DNA of 64,000 bases, from NCBI RefSeq assembly GCF_040938485.1, contig NW_027271164.1, positions 2,108,001 to 2,172,000 of the forward strand, read 5' to 3'. The first letter of the stretch is position 1; the number at the start of each line of letters is the position of its first letter. Positions 61,348-64,000 of the stretch are shown here, piece after piece. The notes below the pieces were generated by a model, which was given only the letters and a program-made list of their open reading frames with translations, was not told where the DNA came from and ran no database searches. This DNA is from Diadema antillarum. Taxonomy: Eukaryota. Position numbers and translations under genes: made by a program.

Positions 61348-63331
61348 TTAATAGGCTGTAATCATCAGATGACGTGAATTGAATACTAGAGGACAGAGCT
61401 GTTGGGGCAAGGTCATGCAAGAGTTGAATGTAAAGATTAAGGTTTGTTTCCTCTTTTTTCCTTGAGCTGATCAACCTGTAGAGAAAAATAGAGAGTTTCC
61501 CTATTGTAACAACCTAATACCATTGTGAAACAATCTGTTCTGACTGACTTGCAGTCGATTTAGTTGACCCGCCGAGTGACCAGTCCTCTAGATTACACTA
61601 AAGTAGTGCAAGTTAAGTGGGGCTGAATTAGGGTTTTGTATGACAATGGGAAGGTATCCTTATCAATGAACTTTCTTATACTCTTGGCTGCATGAAAGAC
61701 TTTGAGCATTTTGCTTCTAACACGTTCAATTTGTGGAGTCCATGTTTGGTGTTAATCGAGAATGACCCCAAGATATTTACTTTTTACTATTTATTTTTAA
61801 AATAACGCAAATTCATTTTAGATCCAATCAACATAAACTGACATTTGTTTACGTTTAACAATAATAAATGGCTTTTGAACCATCTAAAAGAAGTGACATT
61901 AGGTCATTATTGTTTTGTCGACGGGAGGGGGGGGGGAGGTAAAAAAAGCCTATCATCTACGCATTAGGAGAGCAAACACTTCTTAAGAGATTTATGCAAA
62001 TAGTTAAGAGTGAGGATCAATAAAAGAGGCCCAACATTGATTATGTAATGATATTTGGTCAAATCCAATATCTCAATTTCTCAACTGCGTTAAAGGATAA
62101 GGGCCATAAAGCAGTGTGTTCACTTCGACCCCATTTTACAGAGCAAACACACACACCTTTTGATTTGCCCCCCCCCCCCCAAAAAAAAAAAAAAAAAATC
62201 TGATGAAATCACAATACTATTAATTTCAATTTGCATAGATTCTGCCTTGGATTTTCCCCTTCTATAGGCGTGGTGGTGGCGACGGCGGCGGCGGCAGCGG
62301 CGGTGGTGGTGGTGGGGGGAAAGGTGTGCCATTGATCTTGACCCCCCCCCCCCCCCCCCCCACACACACACAAAGTGAAAGACGTTCAACTTTATACATC
62401 ATGACTCCACTTGTATCTACATAGACATATCCATAGTCTTACACATAGTTTATAAAAATACTTGAATGAATGAAAATGAATTACATTATCTGTATTTTTT
62501 TATTAGTAATGCGATTTTTTATGATGTGTCACAGAGTTCATGGCAGACCTCTGCGGGCAATCCTCGCGTCTCAACCGGAACAATTTGTGACCATGCTCAA
62601 GGGCTGTCATACCTTTCTGGGAAATGAATTTTAGAGAGGGATATTAGAGCCTTGCTTTGTGTTGTATAGTTAATAGGTGGGGCGTGACACTTTTATTCAT
62701 ACATTATTGCGTTCATGCCTGCCCTGCCGCAAATACGGAGCATTAAGAACGGACAGAAAGCCTCGAAGTATTACGTAATTTGTATAGAAATCGTCTCGCT
62801 AAGTCCATTGTCCACTCAAGTCTTTTTGAACTTCAATCCCCGATTGCACACATATTGGAAGAATACTTGGCGTCAATGTCCCTTTTCAGTAATGATTAAG
62901 GTCTACCAACAGGTGTATTGAAACTGCTACCACAATTCAAAACATGTTGTATGCATAATCACTGAACATCTGAGAATGAGGTTTCGAGGGGTTAAACCTT
63001 CATTTTGTTGATACACTATTAGCGCTTGATCTGGACAATAAAGGGTTTGGTCTCCGGGCGGAAGTTTTGTTTTTGTCGTTGTTGTTTTTTGTTTTTTGTT
63101 TTTTTAAATCACCCAACATAATGTGGTTGTGTTGTTTTGGACGCTGTCCTCTCTAGATTTTAGAGAAAACGGATGGTAAGGAAAGACGAGGCTACCTTGC
63201 GAATCATTCATGCGGAACACCAAGAAGTCAATAAAAGAGATACAACCCCCGGATGGTCGGGCGGAATTTTCCCTGGTGGTCGCCATAAATGGACGTACAC
63301 TTCAAGTCCCTCCGACCTCCGACACACCCCA

Positions 63332-64000
63332 GTAATTTTCACAAACTCTATTAAACTTGAAAAACCGGAGATAAAAATAAATGATAATGTAGTGAAATAT
63401 CAACAAAGTCAGAAATTTTTAGGTCTCACTTTTGATCAAAAATTAACATGGAATACACACATAAATGATGTTGTTGATCGTTGTAAGCCCAAAATAAATA
63501 TTTTAAAGAGTCTGGCGGGAACTACATGGGGTAACTTTTCTAAAACCCTTCTTATGGTGTACAGAGCACTGATCAGGTCTCTTCTCGACTATGGATGTGA
63601 AGCTTATGAGTCCGCCTCCGAAAGCTCAAAAAACCCACTGGATTCCATCCAATATCAGGCTCTTCGAGTATGTGCTGGTGCAGCTCCCGCCACATCTCTA
63701 GAATCCCTTCAAGTAGAAATGGGAGAACTCCCCTTATGCATCAGAAGAAAGATGCTGACTACAAAATACCATGCGTCTTTGACGAGAATCGCAAACCATC
63801 CGGTATCACAAAGCACAAAAAACTGCTGGCAATACGAGTATATGAAAGAGAAAAATTCACGTAAACCTTTCGGAGTTAGAATTCAAAGCGCAAATATCAC
63901 AACAAAACTCGAACCTCTCACTCCCCCAGAAATCCCCTTCTGGCACTTAAGCGAAATCAAAATCTCCTTAGAGCTAACTGAGTGGCTCAATAAAGACGAC
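63332..64000 (+). mobile_element. 5'-truncated I/Nimb-like LINE ORF2 (RT thumb toward RNase H), open to the window edge
   Basis: My translation, which is not in the ORF track, reads ..KFLGLTFDQKLTWNTHI..INILKSLAGTTWG..LLMVYRALIRSLLDYGCEAY..LDSIQYQALRVCAGA..SLESLQVEMGELPL..PPEIPFW with no stops. Confidence 0.88.

Noticed and set aside
62120-62389. His/Arg/Gly-rich ORF
   Set aside because: It is a translation of homopolymer and (GGC)/(GGT) simple repeats.
59553-63330. Next PARP4 exon (expected TSxKYS...CDVALG)
   Set aside because: Not found in this interval. It probably lies beyond the window, so its absence is not evidence of truncation.

Overview
Intron-rich, AT-rich animal DNA. An invertebrate deuterostome such as an echinoderm is my inference, not something the sequence shows. 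Positions 1-50 kb hold a minus-strand tandem cluster of four secreted carboxyl/cholinesterase-family (alpha/beta-hydrolase) genes that share one 10-exon architecture (intron phases 0,0,1,1,0,0,2,2,1). I call them A (exons 1-6 only; the rest runs off the left edge), B, C and D (each about 600 aa). B, C and D end in an exon that aligns without gaps to the vertebrate AChE/BChE T (WAT) tetramerisation peptide. All four have a shortened omega loop with no Trp at the choline-binding position. B has Lys at the catalytic-acid position. The tail exons are far more similar between paralogs than the catalytic core is. From about 54 kb a divergently oriented PARP4 (vault PARP)-like gene runs off the right edge. 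Its first recognisable exon has in-frame stops, and I see no BRCT exon. Introns and spacers contain LINE fragments (CR1/L2-group, RTE, I/Nimb-like), many MITEs (several with readable TSDs), a 4.4-kb foldback element with ~1-kb inverted arms, 116-bp and 49-bp tandem repeats, and two assembly gaps. Exon boundaries and identities were read and counted by hand; no database searches were run.
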